Assembly (NCBI RefSeq): GCF_002105155.1
Contig: NW_019028996.1
Location: forward strand, 248,001 to 312,000
Direction of reading: 5' to 3'
DNA: 64,000 nucleotides
Origin: Lobosporangium transversale
Lineage: Eukaryota
Made by a program: the position numbers and the translations under genes. Below, piece by piece: positions 13,385-25,824 of this stretch. Under the pieces are notes generated by a model. The model saw nothing but the letters and a program-made list of their open reading frames with translations. It ran no database searches and had not been told where the DNA came from. Numbering within the stretch: the stretch's first letter is position 1; the number at the start of each line of letters is the position of its first letter.

Positions 13385-14495
13385 GGTGAGTAAAGGTTTT
13401 TTTAGATCACTAGATAGCCCTTTTGTTGTAACAATTTATTTATTTTTTGGTTACAGGCATGCACTACCGCTGCAAGATATAGATTGCAATGAAAGACGAA
13501 AGCAGATTTAGATCAAGAATGGATCAGATCGTTCACAAAATGAAGACAACTTTGCGATGAAATGAACTTGAGGATTCTCATGGTGAAACCAAATGATTCA
13601 GAGAATAAAAGGTGCGATGTTGTACCTTTGTATTTTTTTTTCCTTTCTTTCCCTTTTCCCCTAATCTTCCTTCCTTCCGATAGTTGCACTCAAGTCAAAG
13701 AAATAGAAATGAATCAACAAATGGAATGAAAGTAGTATGTGATCCAAGAAGCCCGTGTTAAAAAAAAAAAATAAAAAAAAAAAAGAGAGGAGAGAGAGAG
13801 AATGGGATATGGCGCGAAGACAAAAATGAAGAAAAAAAAAAAAAAAAAAAAAAAAGAAGAGGAAGATAAGGAAGACAACAATGAATGAATTCGAGTTGTA
13901 GTTCGATGGGATGAATGGGATGGATCCAACACAGCGGTGAAGGAGAGGAATGTGATCACCCAAAGAAGAAAAGCTTTCTTGGACATGTGGGGTGGACGAA
14001 GTGTTTGTGGCTTACTGGATCAATCTTTGAACTTAGCTTATTGCCTGATCCTGATCCGTGTGTTAGCAGCATGTGCAACAAACTTCTTTCTATCCATGCG
14101 CATGAATAAACATTGATTACTCACTTACACATACCAAGATTACAGGTATTGAAGAAAGGAGTGTTTATTATGCCGATCAAGGACTCGCTAGCTCCTTTTT
14201 TTATCGGAAAGGACAAAGCGAGGCAAAAAAAAAAAAAAAAAAAAAAAGAACTCTCTGTCACAAAAGACTCGCAAAGACCAATGCAGTAAAATTGAGGCGC
14301 AGATAGATGAACTGCTGTGCAACATGGCAATACGTTCTCTTGCTTCGCCATGCCACGTATGGGCAAACTGTCTTCAATTGCTCCTTTTCTCTTTTTCTTT
14401 ATCTTTTTTAAAAATTTTCACACCCATCCACCTCCCCAATCTACTCATAGATATTCATCTCAGAACAAATTACACCCTACAACACAACAAATACA

Positions 14496-17400
14496 ATGTC
14501 AGGGAAAGACAGCCCTGCGAGTGTTGATGCTTCTGTTGGCGTACCCCAGCCTTCATTCAACCCTTTATTTACTTCATCTTGTTCCTCGTTTGAGCTCGTC
14601 TACGACAACGACCCTGCTGACTCTGTACCATCCAGAGAAGACTTAATCATCTACAATAAATGTGTCTATGACAGTAACAATTCTGACTACTACACTGGCT
14701 ATAGCGATGATTACGAAGACAAAGACGATGAGGACGATGAGAACAGTGAAGTTGAAGACGACGAAATTGAGGTGCGTTTCAATACCAGTGATTCTGACAA
14801 TTTTGTATATTCGCCTATAACAGGATTCGAACAAGTGACACTTTCAGTTTACGACGACGACAGCGGAGATGATGTACTCAGCTTGGATGGCTCAGAGGAC
14901 GCAGCCCCATCCACCCCAACCCTTGAACCTATCCTATCCAACGCAACCAAGCACAGGAGGGCCAGGGATACAAAGGCGCTCGACAAACCCGATTCATCAT
15001 TCCTCTTCAAGCTCCCATCTCCGCTTGTCCATACTATCTTTTCTTATCTTGATATCTCCACCATTCACTCCTCCTTGGTTGTAAGTAAAAGCTGGTTTCA
15101 GTTCGCTGCCTCTCACCTTTATCGGGACCCCTTCCGTAGCCTGGAAAGAAGCGCGGGCATTTATGCAGAATTTCAGGGTGAAAGCAATAATGTCATCAAC
15201 AACTCTTTAGTGGCGCCGCAGCTACGCTCTGAGCATGAACGACTCCTTGTACGTCTCTTGCTACGGTCCATCTGCTGCCCAAGTGAACCAGGTGAAGAGG
15301 TTGTGATCGCTGCAGAAGAAGCCGATGACGTCCTTGGGCTATGCCGCCTGATCGATTCAAAAGGTGTCGAGATCCGTACCACTGTCAATTATATGCGTTT
15401 CCTTGAGGTTTTCGACTGGGCACCTTGGCAGCGTTATCTTGACTACTGGTTTGAGTTACGCACCAGCTTTGAGGCTTTTAAACAGACCATCCATCAAGAT
15501 AATCGCGATAGCGCCGACGTCGAGGCTTCTGGCGTACCTCCAATAAGGAGGACGTCTGATCCTCATGTCTCGCCAGCTTTGCTTCAACCCTTCCGTTTCT
15601 CGTACCATACAATATTTGACTGGTTTGCGGAGAACCCAAACCCACGTGCGATTGTTTTTCATGAAGTTCTTGATTTGCCGCCACAGGTCATAGCGCAGCT
15701 GTCCCGATGGACTACACTTCGCTTCAATCACACAACCAAGAGCTATTCTGTCGATCAACCCCTGATCAGCCAATTGTCATTCAACCACTTGAATCTAATA
15801 CAGGCTCTTGTTGAGCACGAGAATGCGGGCGATACAGCAGTGATGGATGGTAACGGGATCGAAAGGGAGAACAGCCATCAGCTTGATTCGAGCCGCCGTG
15901 GGATTCGTCATTTACAGCTACCACCTCTTCGTTATATTCAAGGAGAACAGGCTGAGCGCACGGGGGACCAGATTTTAATGTTATTGACGACCAGACACCT
16001 CGTCTCCTTGGACACAAGTGAGCTTCCTGAATGGCAATCTCATAGCACAAGCATACCTTCAGAGTATTTGCAGCATCTCGTTCGATATACAGACTTGCGA
16101 AGAACATGTGGAGGATATTCTCCGCAATTATTTTTGAGACGGTGTCCCAAGCTGGCAGAAATTGAGATGGTCGTGAATAGTATGCATGAAGTCGACTTTA
16201 TTACCCCTCGTCCAGTTATCCGTCTTTACACGGGCGATGTTAAGCAAGAAGACGGGTCCAAAGGAGAAGAAACTTCGATATATCGAGAGATGGATCAGAT
16301 GAGAATATCCACTTTGACGTTAACAGCATCATCATCATCCTCCTCATCACCATCATCACAGCCAGCTACCCCGCCAACCCAGCAGGCTATTCGAGTAGCC
16401 CGACTGTACGTCCGTAATAGTCTAGAGATTCCTCACGTCCTCCGACAGATGGTCCAAGGCTTCAGCCACACTTTACGAAGGCTCATTGTTGTTCATGCTC
16501 CTGTTAATTTCCGACTATACTTCAGTCACTCTGCAATCAAGGCCAATTTCGTCATTCATCCTAGTTCTTTTGCAATGCCCCATTTGGAGGAGTTGCAGTT
16601 GTTCCTCACGAGACGTATGCGGCTTCAAGGCAGAGACCCCTTTGGTGCTTGTCCACGGCTCCAACGTTTAAGTTTATTTGGAGAAGGGCTAACTATCGCA
16701 GACTATGGCTGGAGAGTGCCTGAAACAATTCGAGAGCTGGTAATTGATGGATATAGTATTCGTGCTTCCTTTGATTTCAAATGCCTCAGCACAACACAGC
16801 TCAGCTCTCTATCACTGCTCCACGGGAACTTGTCGTGGACAGAGCCCCATTCCTGGGCTAACTTTTGGACAAACCCCACTGAAAGCTGTGTCTTTAAGAA
16901 TCTCAGGACTTTGATCCTCGAGAAGTCCTCAGCAATGTCATTTCAGTTTGAGTGGCTGGCCCATTTCTCGGGTTTGGAGACCTTGAAGATATTCGGATTG
17001 AATTACAGTCATATCAGTCAGCTATGCTATCCACTCGATAGTGAAGATAGTGCACTTCCCAATCGTGGGCAGCTATTATTAAGGCTAATTACCCAAATGG
17101 CCCAGCCTCATACATCCTACGATCAAGTAGCTTGCAAGAGCTTGAAGGATTTTGGATTTACTTTGGTTGATAGGAGCAAGAATCACTTTGGTAGCGACAA
17201 TCCAAGCGCCTTGGATACGTCTGCTAAGCAACCTCAGGACAAAGCAATTCAGAGAAACACCGCAGAGCTTCGGGATCAATTGGGCCTTATGCCATTGATC
17301 ACACCTGATGATGATAGTAATAAGAATGATGATGGCGATCAAAGCAGAAAGCACATTAACGACGGGGACAAAGAGCCGGATATTTTCGCAAAGATTACGG

Positions 17401-17705
17401 GAGATCTGGATTGCGCTCTTTTGGTACTCTTACATCGATATTGTCCCAACGTGGAGCGACTCTCATTCAACACGCTTGATCCAAACACTCGGCTTCAAAT
17501 GGAGACAGTGATTGCGCTCAAGACTTTGTTCCCACGGTTGACCCGTTTCAGGGATGAGTCTTTTAAATTAAACCATGCTGGGGAGAGAGCCTTGGCACGT
17601 TTTGATTTCCATCGTCGATTCTATGCATATTTGCCCAACAGAAAATGGGAGGATTGTGTCTATCAATTCGATCAAGTGGATTTTTTGCGCCTCCTTTCAG
17701 TGTGA
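14496..17705 (+). CDS. Intronless F-box-like / LRR (RNI-like) protein with acidic N-terminus
   Basis: 1069-aa ORF. F-box-like LPSPLVHTIFSYLD...VSKSWF..A..HLYRDPF; LRR-like FLRRCPKLAEI, FGACPRLQRLSL, FKNLRTLIL, YCPNVERL. Confidence 0.75.
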   Translation: MSGKDSPASVDASVGVPQPSFNPLFTSSCSSFELVYDNDPADSVPSREDLIIYNKCVYDSNNSDYYTGYSDDYEDKDDEDDENSEVEDDEIEVRFNTSDSDNFVYSPITGFEQVTLSVYDDDSGDDVLSLDGSEDAAPSTPTLEPILSNATKHRRARDTKALDKPDSSFLFKLPSPLVHTIFSYLDISTIHSSLVVSKSWFQFAASHLYRDPFRSLERSAGIYAEFQGESNNVINNSLVAPQLRSEHERLLVRLLLRSICCPSEPGEEVVIAAEEADDVLGLCRLIDSKGVEIRTTVNYMRFLEVFDWAPWQRYLDYWFELRTSFEAFKQTIHQDNRDSADVEASGVPPIRRTSDPHVSPALLQPFRFSYHTIFDWFAENPNPRAIVFHEVLDLPPQVIAQLSRWTTLRFNHTTKSYSVDQPLISQLSFNHLNLIQALVEHENAGDTAVMDGNGIERENSHQLDSSRRGIRHLQLPPLRYIQGEQAERTGDQILMLLTTRHLVSLDTSELPEWQSHSTSIPSEYLQHLVRYTDLRRTCGGYSPQLFLRRCPKLAEIEMVVNSMHEVDFITPRPVIRLYTGDVKQEDGSKGEETSIYREMDQMRISTLTLTASSSSSSSPSSQPATPPTQQAIRVARLYVRNSLEIPHVLRQMVQGFSHTLRRLIVVHAPVNFRLYFSHSAIKANFVIHPSSFAMPHLEELQLFLTRRMRLQGRDPFGACPRLQRLSLFGEGLTIADYGWRVPETIRELVIDGYSIRASFDFKCLSTTQLSSLSLLHGNLSWTEPHSWANFWTNPTESCVFKNLRTLILEKSSAMSFQFEWLAHFSGLETLKIFGLNYSHISQLCYPLDSEDSALPNRGQLLLRLITQMAQPHTSYDQVACKSLKDFGFTLVDRSKNHFGSDNPSALDTSAKQPQDKAIQRNTAELRDQLGLMPLITPDDDSNKNDDGDQSRKHINDGDKEPDIFAKITGDLDCALLVLLHRYCPNVERLSFNTLDPNTRLQMETVIALKTLFPRLTRFRDESFKLNHAGERALARFDFHRRFYAYLPNRKWEDCVYQFDQVDFLRLLSV

Positions 17706-17925
17706 AAGATAAAGTGGTTACCCAATAAGCATGCTGAGCGTTAAATAAATGTCATAGTTTTCATTTTATAAATATTTAATTAGAATATGTGCTACTTTGA
17801 TCAAGCAGCGTAATCTATGCGTTATTGTTTTGTTTTTTGTTGATGGTGATGACGAAAAAGGAAAGAGTAGCTGGAGGTATGCTGGAGGGGAGTTTTTTTT
17901 TTTTTTTTTTTTTTTTTACTGCAGT

Positions 17926-20524
17926 CTACACAAACTGATGCTCTGCTTGATTGAGGCTTGAACGAGAATTGGGGTCCAGAACTAACAGTTGTTCCACTAC
18001 CCTTCGTTCATTAAGATCTGGAATATCAACAAGACGATCCTTCCAGGCCGTGAAACGGCCAGTGGCTGCTTGATCTGCTGCTTCCTCTGTTCGGAACAAG
18101 GGTTGACCTGTCAACACCTCAAACAAAACACAGCCCGCTGCCCAAGCATCCATTGATGGAGCTGCCAAACTCGAATCCAGTCTATTTTCCCGTCGAGCGC
18201 TCAATAGCTCTGGTGCTAAATTTCTTTCGACGGTGCCATTCTCCTGGCCAATCAAGGAGCCCTGACGAGGTCCGACGGCTTCATTCAAGAACCTGGCTCC
18301 GCCGAACGACCAAATCACCCATTGCCCTTCTTCGTTCATCACTAGAGATCCTGTGCAGATCGACAGATGGATCACATCCTTCTCATGACACCAGACCAGT
18401 CCTCCCAACAGAGCCTTAGCCACTGCCCTTTGATCAGCTCTACTCAACAGTCGGTGCTGATGGGTCGACAACATAAAGTCCAATGTCGAATCATGGGCAT
18501 CCAAGACCAAAATATGACGCCACTCAAGGGCGGCAGGGATGATCATGGTTTGGTGTAGCGAAATAATCTTTGCAGGATTGACGATATGGTTCAACATAGC
18601 AGCCTCTCTCTGCCAAACAATTTCGTCTCGAACCCATTTGAGTGTCACACTCTCAGCTGTGTCTACATTCTCGCCCAGTTGGATGACCACCATCTTTGTA
18701 TTCACTGCTGTCTGTCCAAGACGGTACTGTGAGAGCACCACGGCGCCCAAGGGTGCATGAGGCACCGACTGAGCCACATCCTGACCAGCATATCGAACAA
18801 TCGGCACACGAAGTGTCATGTTCTCAGCTGGACGTTCTGTCGATATACTATTTTGTCCGCGAGGCGTTGTATTGGCTTCCGAGTTCAATAGTGAGTGAGT
18901 GGAGGCAAAAGGGGGCTGATACATTCCCATGCCCTCACCACCCTTTGCATGTAAATCGCGTACAGCCAACCCGAGCCCTTCCTGCTCACGAGCGCGCGCC
19001 TCAATTTTCTTGTTTCGACGGTGAAAGATAGCCAAAAAGCCCACGAGCATGACCAATGCTACAGCCCCCACTGCGATTCCAATGATGGCGGGCGTCGAGA
19101 GACCGCTTTTTTCCTCGGGTACTGGAGCCGCTGGTGGTGTATAAATTGCAAAGTTTCCCCAGTTGCTTGGTGATGACGATGATGCCTTTGGTCCTCCAAA
19201 GACGGTGTAATTGTTGAATCGATATCCTGCATCCGTGATCACAGCCGTTAATCCAAAGGTCCAACTATTGTTGGCTGCATCCGATTGTCCACCATACACT
19301 AATGCCCTGGATGTGTCAAACACGGTCGCAGCGCCATATCCAAAGAGCTGAGGCACAGGTCCATTCGCATCCTTTGGGAGCTCACGAGTCGAGATCATTT
19401 CAATTGACGATGAGTTCAACTTTGCTGCTGCTGTGAATGACCAAGAACCTTGCTGTGGTTTTTTTTTTTTTTTAGTTTGATGTGTGTATTGTTTCCAAAA
19501 TCATGATTGCCAGAAGAAAATCTTGTCAGTGATATAAAACCTTGGATGCTGACATTTCCGCTTCGGCCCCATTTGAGGATAGGAGAATCATAAACAAAAT
19601 AAAACAAAACAAACAAATAAGCAAAAAAAAAAAAAAAAAAAAAGACTTACAGTTCCAAAAAAGTAGTCAACAGTAGCATCCTGTGCGTGAGAGACTGCAG
19701 AAAAGCCAATAAAGCCAATATCGTCCGAGGCCATGGTCACAGGTGTGGAAGTGGGCGCGCCGAGAGTGAATCTGGCTGCGGTAGTATTGGAGGCCTTGTT
19801 ATAAACAACTAGGAACGATCCTGCAGACTCACGGATGATGGAGAAAATACCGTTCGAGGGAATGTCTGCAGGGACGGGACTAAAATAGAACGAACGATAA
19901 GTAATAAAGACAAGGAAGCGTATTACAATTAGGAGGTAATGAAGAAGAACGAAGGAAAAGGTCTGCTTTATAAAAATAAATAAAAATAAAATAAAAATAA
20001 ATAAAAAAAAAAAAGCAAACTTACGCAGGAGTGGGTGTAGATACTCCATTAGTAGCATCGATATCAAACATAGTCCAGTTGCCATTGTTCACGCCCAGCC
20101 ATTGGAACTGGCCCTGTCCTTCGCTCTTGGGCCAGACCACCTGTGGAACCTGGTTTCGTGCGGGGTCCCATGATGGGATTGGCTCTTCTGTTGCAAGAGC
20201 AGGATTCTGTGAGTTCTCGATATAGACGTTTTCGTTGAAGATGTAAAGGAATGTACCAGAGGCTTTATCGAAGGAGCAGATCATCCGACTGGTTGCAAGA
20301 GGTCTGACAGTATATGGCTTTAAGTGCTGTGTGAGCGTGAAGTTGATATGGGCAGCATTGGTAACGATCCTGTTGCTGGGTTTGGGGAAAGTAAAGGACT
20401 GAAGTGCATATGCAGTGTCATTCTTGTCGGATGAGGCATATTGAAGCCCTACGAGCGACACTGTACTTTCTCCAGTGGCCAGACAGGGATATCCTAGCTG
20501 AGGAATATTTTGTGATTGTGCCAT
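17926..20524 (-). CDS. Single-pass membrane protein: beta-rich/Kelch-like ectodomain, TM helix, protein-kinase-fold domain (pseudokinase). Exons approx. 20524-20025, 19882-19651, 19452-17926; true 5' end unresolved
   Basis: N-glycosylation sequons and Kelch-like YGG/FGG motifs; TM AIIGIAVGAVALVMLVGFLAIF followed by HRRNKK; kinase subdomains VTLK, QRE, HLSIC, SFG, APE, DAWAAGCVLFE, R of subdomain XI. Confidence 0.8.
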
Positions 20525-20705
20525 TACAGGAGGGACTGGAGATTACTGTAGGAGAGAGAGTGAAGAGTTGATAACGCGATGAAGTTAGAAGGGAAGAAGA
20601 AGAGGAGAGAAGTGTAAGTGAATAATGAATAAGGTGGATGCTGGTGCTTCACAGGGGCGTCTCTGTTGGCTGCAGGATGGCCAAGGGCGAGGGAACACGA
20701 AAGAG

Positions 20706-20739
<34 letters not shown>

Positions 20740-23043
20740 AGAAACATATGATAGGGAATTGAATGGATGGAATGCTATGTCTGCAATCCTTTGTTGCTGT
20801 TGTTACTGCTGCTGTTGTTGTTTGTTGCTGTTGCTGTGGGCTGAGTGAAAGCATGGGGCTCAGCTTAAGGTACACAATCAATCCCCTGAAAGGAGGATAT
20901 AAAAAATTGTGTTTTGCCTCCACTTCCACTCTGACTATGGCTCTTTGAGACTTGGACTTTTGTTCGCAGGATGCTGAATGTCATTCCTCTCGTTATTTTT
21001 CTTTCTGTGTAATGACAAAAAGATGCTTCTTGCTGTTGTTGCTTCCGTGAATGTAAGTTCAGTCCATAAATAGAATCAGCCCCTCTGTGGTTTTTCTTTA
21101 TTAAAATATATTTCAACTGTCGTACGAATTCGTTTCCTCTCACATTTGAATGGAACACACTTCTTCCCAAGTTGATGGTATTCATGCAAAACAATGCATG
21201 ATGAACAAGACGATAGGATTAGAAGGATGAAATAAGTGTGTCATTTACCTCTTTTCTTTTTTTTTTTTTTTTTTTTTTTTTTGATATGATAATGTAAGAT
21301 AAGTTATTCGTGGAAATAAAAAAACAAACAAAGTGAGATGATTACAATGGAATGTAACAAATAAAAAAAAATAAAAAGAAAAAAAAGATGATGATGAAGA
21401 AATGTCCAGTAAATGGAATGGAATGTGGGATCGATTGGAATGGTTGATGGTGATGGTATCGGTGGAGAGTAACAGGGGTGAAGAATGAGCGGAGAGATCG
21501 AGAGAGGGGTATCCGAAGAGAGAAAAGAGAGAAAGAGCGTTTACAACGAAGTGTGAAAAGTGAGGGAGACAGAAAGAGGCTCTCATTCCTTTATAAAACA
21601 TGCTCTCATTCTTTTTTTCATTTCCAATTCTATCTGAACTGAAAGCCTACTACCACTACTATCACCAAACCAAGGTGGGGCCAGGAACGAGCAGCGCCAG
21701 GTTGATCTTCTCTACTAGGCTCAGTTTCGGACAAACAAATGGATAAACAAAATAAAACAAAACAAAAAAAAGACATGATATGGCCATCCTACATTTTATA
21801 TGGAGATGGTGTACATGAACGGCATGCAAATCTTGCTCAGTGCTGAATATCATTTTCTTCTATACAAACATCATTAATGTTTGCGATTGCTCTCAGTTTC
21901 GTTGCTGTACATGTACTGTTCACAGAGTAAGGATAATTGATTCATTATTCGAATAGGAATGTCAGACTGAAGACAATGAAAAAGAATGAAGGTTGTACAA
22001 TTAACTCTTTCTTTTTCTTCTATGAACAGACATACATAATTAGATAGAGCTCCGGTTGCCATTTATTGATGACTAGCTTTCTTTGTTTGTTTGCTTGTTT
22101 GCTTGTTTTTGAGTAGTAAAGTCTGAAAGAGAAAGAGACAAAAAAAAAGGGTATCAGGAATAACAACGGTCAGACAGCTACAGATGAAGTTGGTTCCTGA
22201 TTCTTGGTTCTTCCTGAGACAATTAAAGGAATAAAGTTGAGACATAAAATCTTACACGCGTTATTAAAATTACATTTCGATCGGAGTTTCTCTTTACCTT
22301 TTTTTTATTTTTTATTAACCTTTTCCTTTATACACGCGGAATAAAACATTAATGAGAATGCTCATGTACTCAAGTATCATCGAAGATATAAAATAGGAGC
22401 TTGTAGAGATATATATCTGTCAGTAATCGGGCTGCAACCTGAAGGGAATTCGCACAGCCATCAAGGTTAGCTGATACATATGATGATGAGCAACATCGCA
22501 TACCACGAACATATATATATTTGTACAATGTATTTATCTGTCTCTCGCACATTTGTATAATTGCACATACGTTTACCATGATCCCTCTCCTTTACTATTA
22601 GAGTCTTTCAATATCTTTCTCTCTAATGTATCCTACATCAAGGCCGCGTTATCCATCTCATCATGGAGAGTAACGCCATATTGGCCAATCAACGAGCCCG
22701 ATGCCGTCATTCCATTACCACGTCTTCACTTGAAGTTGCAGGATCCTTCTTGATCGGTAACATCTTCATGGACAATTCATGCTGGGAAGAAAAAAAAAAA
22801 AAGTTTTTGCCAGACAATGTTCTTCCCGCCAAAACAACATTAATTGATTTAGCACTGCCACCTCCTTTCATTCTGTTATCATTTTTTACAACACACACAC
22901 CAGACTTTTCTACCTTATTCCTCCATTCCTTCATTCCTCCATTCCTTTACCCATTCGTTTCTTCCTGCTCACTTTCAAAGTCCTCCTAAAAAGGCAGCAG
23001 TAAAAAAAAAGAAAAAAGAAAAAAGAAAAAAAAAAAAAAAAGC

Positions 23044-25698
23044 ATGACAACCATATTTGACCTTCCACCAGAGTGCTTGGAATATATTGTTTTTCAGCTG
23101 AAATCTGATACTGCCACGTTAGCAAAGCTCCTTCGCGTCAGCCATCTATTCTTCAAAATCACTGTCCCCGTTCTCTATGCAGATCCATTCTCAACTTGTC
23201 TGTACTCGTCACGACCCAAGTTGCATAAGGTCCTTCTTGACTCTGCAGCTTTACCACCCAAAGCTGTCCACCATTTTGATAACCATGGTATCAGCAGCAG
23301 TCCAGTGAGCTTTTCGACCGAATCCTTTCTGGAACAAGCCCAAAGGCAACGTGGCCACCTGACTGCTAATGGAAATCACTGGACGGGCGCCCAACCGGGA
23401 GCTGCTCTGTTATCATCAGAGCAATCATCGACAGCAGGAACACCGGTATCAGCTATGCCACTACCACCATCAGCCATAGCAACATCAACGACAAAGTTAA
23501 ATGATGTTTCCAAGATCAAGCGCATCACAAAGGCCCCTCCTCCAATCCCAACACTATCATCAAAGCCCCATAGATCAATAGTCCCACAAAAACAGCGATA
23601 TACCATGTGTCGATATCTCGATTCGCTTGCTGCTTTTGACGGTCAGATCTGGATGGTCTATGCGGCACGGACCATGAACCAGCACAAGTGCAAGCATCTC
23701 ACAGCTAAATTCTATCTTCATATCCAAATGACCATCCTAAAACAATCTGCTCACCGTATTCAATCCATGGTCCTCCTACCTGGGTTTATCTCCCCCATTT
23801 TGCCGTTCGCAAGCAAAATGAGGGCACTAACGCGGCTACAGCTTGCAGGCGCATATAATAATTCCGAGCTAGATCATCTGATTCAGCTCCTCCGAGCACG
23901 ACAAGGGTTCGGGACAATACCCGGCGCAGGTGGGCCGGGATTGGGAGAATGCAATTTACCACAAGTCATTGTGTCGGTACCGAAAAGAAAAACATATCCC
24001 CTCCATCTTCACAATAGCCAAAGTCACAACCATAATCACGACGATGGCCATGGCCATGATCAACAGTATCCTCAAACGGAGGCCCAGCTCGCTCAACATA
24101 CTCGACTTCAATTGCTACAATTGATCCATGCGATGGGTCAGCCCGTTGCTCTGGACACAACTCCCTGCCAGGATTTCTCGCTCATCAGCGATAATATTAG
24201 CTGCCATGTCTTGGAACGACTTTCCAAGTTCAAGCACATCCTTGGGTTCTTAGAGGGGGACCCAAACAAGTTCTTGAGTCGCTGTAGGGCACTTCAAGAA
24301 CTAGATTTTGCTGCATTTGACCGAAATGTGTTCTCATGGGCAGAAGCTGAAAAAAAACAGTGGATCCAATATACAACAATGCTGTCAGGAGCTACTGTCT
24401 CTGAGCTCAGTTTAAGCGACAGTAAAGATAGGGTCCTAAACAGCCATGAGATGAACCAAAAGAGGTCAGATATCCTCCCCACTACTTCAGTAATACCAAC
24501 AACAACTTTGACCATACATTCGCCATTATCTTCATTTGTGCCCACACCACCGACATTAGTGCAACTCAAGGTGGTTCGGTTGCTTGTTTCAGAGTGGGTG
24601 GCGGGAAGGATCCTACAATCGCTTTTGTATTCATTCTCGCACAGCTTGGTGGATGTTTTCTTCCATGTGAACGACCATTCACAACTACGACATACTCTCT
24701 GCCCAGATACAGTGGCTCGTCTTGAAAGCGAGGCTACTCCGGACATTCCATTCTGCATCGATCATCAGTTTCAATTACCCAATCTTAGAAAATTACGAAT
24801 GATCCGGCTCACGAATGCTATTAGCATTGGTCCAAATGCCTTTGAGGGCTGTCCCAACTTGGAGAGTATTCATATCAGTGGGGACATTGTCTGCGGACCA
24901 AATGGTTTAGACGTCTTCCGAATGCCTCGGTTGGAGCTGTTGGAGCTCGGTAGTGGTACAGCCCATCATTTCCGGTTCGAATCATTACAACATTCTCCTC
25001 TGCTCAGATCACTTGCACTCCGTGACAATACGCTTTATGAGACCCCGCCCATTGGGTCGATGTCTCTTTCACCCATCCCTTGGACATGGACACTGGATTA
25101 TTTGGGTATTATCCAGATGTCCGGAAGACCTGCTTCTCATTTCCGCTTTGAGTGGATACGGTGCTGTCCGTCCTTAAAGACTCTTGTCGTAGACGGTGTG
25201 GCACCAGAGGCATTACGCCCTAATATGGATGATGTAGCCAAAGGTAGATGCGGCACTCAGCTACAGACTTGTGAGCTACAAATATACATAAAACAGGAAT
25301 TAAACAAGTTTAGGACCGCTAAATTACTGGAGACATACTGCAGCCAAGTTGAACGGCTCAAGTTGACTAAAAAACTTTATGTTCCTGAAACGGATTGGAA
25401 AAACATCGATCTAGGCTTGGCACTGTATGTTTCTCGGAAATTGATTTGCTTGAAAATGCTAGTCGTACAGTTGGGCCACAATCAGATACTGGAGACAGAG
25501 ATGGAAAAATATGGGTTGGTGAGGGGGATGTCCCGCCAAAATACGACTATTTGGTGTCCTTCTTTAAGACTCAAAGAGTGTTGGATTGAGATTATGGAAG
25601 CGGGCGAAGGCTGTCGCTTCTTCCGTCAGAAACAATCGTGGCTTTCCCCACTTGAGGAACTGCTCCATTCTGACACCAACCTTGGAAAAGAAAGCTGA
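23044..25698 (+). CDS. Intronless F-box-like / LRR protein, likely paralog of 14496-17705
   Basis: 884-aa ORF. LPPECLEYIV...LLRVSHLFF...VLYADPF, FLSRCRALQEL, FEGCPNLESI, FRFEWIRCCPSLKTL. Confidence 0.75.
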   Translation: MTTIFDLPPECLEYIVFQLKSDTATLAKLLRVSHLFFKITVPVLYADPFSTCLYSSRPKLHKVLLDSAALPPKAVHHFDNHGISSSPVSFSTESFLEQAQRQRGHLTANGNHWTGAQPGAALLSSEQSSTAGTPVSAMPLPPSAIATSTTKLNDVSKIKRITKAPPPIPTLSSKPHRSIVPQKQRYTMCRYLDSLAAFDGQIWMVYAARTMNQHKCKHLTAKFYLHIQMTILKQSAHRIQSMVLLPGFISPILPFASKMRALTRLQLAGAYNNSELDHLIQLLRARQGFGTIPGAGGPGLGECNLPQVIVSVPKRKTYPLHLHNSQSHNHNHDDGHGHDQQYPQTEAQLAQHTRLQLLQLIHAMGQPVALDTTPCQDFSLISDNISCHVLERLSKFKHILGFLEGDPNKFLSRCRALQELDFAAFDRNVFSWAEAEKKQWIQYTTMLSGATVSELSLSDSKDRVLNSHEMNQKRSDILPTTSVIPTTTLTIHSPLSSFVPTPPTLVQLKVVRLLVSEWVAGRILQSLLYSFSHSLVDVFFHVNDHSQLRHTLCPDTVARLESEATPDIPFCIDHQFQLPNLRKLRMIRLTNAISIGPNAFEGCPNLESIHISGDIVCGPNGLDVFRMPRLELLELGSGTAHHFRFESLQHSPLLRSLALRDNTLYETPPIGSMSLSPIPWTWTLDYLGIIQMSGRPASHFRFEWIRCCPSLKTLVVDGVAPEALRPNMDDVAKGRCGTQLQTCELQIYIKQELNKFRTAKLLETYCSQVERLKLTKKLYVPETDWKNIDLGLALYVSRKLICLKMLVVQLGHNQILETEMEKYGLVRGMSRQNTTIWCPSLRLKECWIEIMEAGEGCRFFRQKQSWLSPLEELLHSDTNLGKES

Positions 25699-25708
25699 AG
25701 CTCTGAAG

Positions 25709-25744
<36 letters not shown>

Positions 25745-25824
25745 AATCAAATAACCCTTGCCCCAAATGCTTTATGTAAATTATTTTAATGTGAAATAAA
25801 AAAATAAAAAATAAACTTAATCGT

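Noticed and set aside
13661..14646. Short ORFs with poly-Phe or poly-Lys here and throughout the window
   Set aside because: Translations of intronic or intergenic poly(T)/poly(A) tracts, not proteins.
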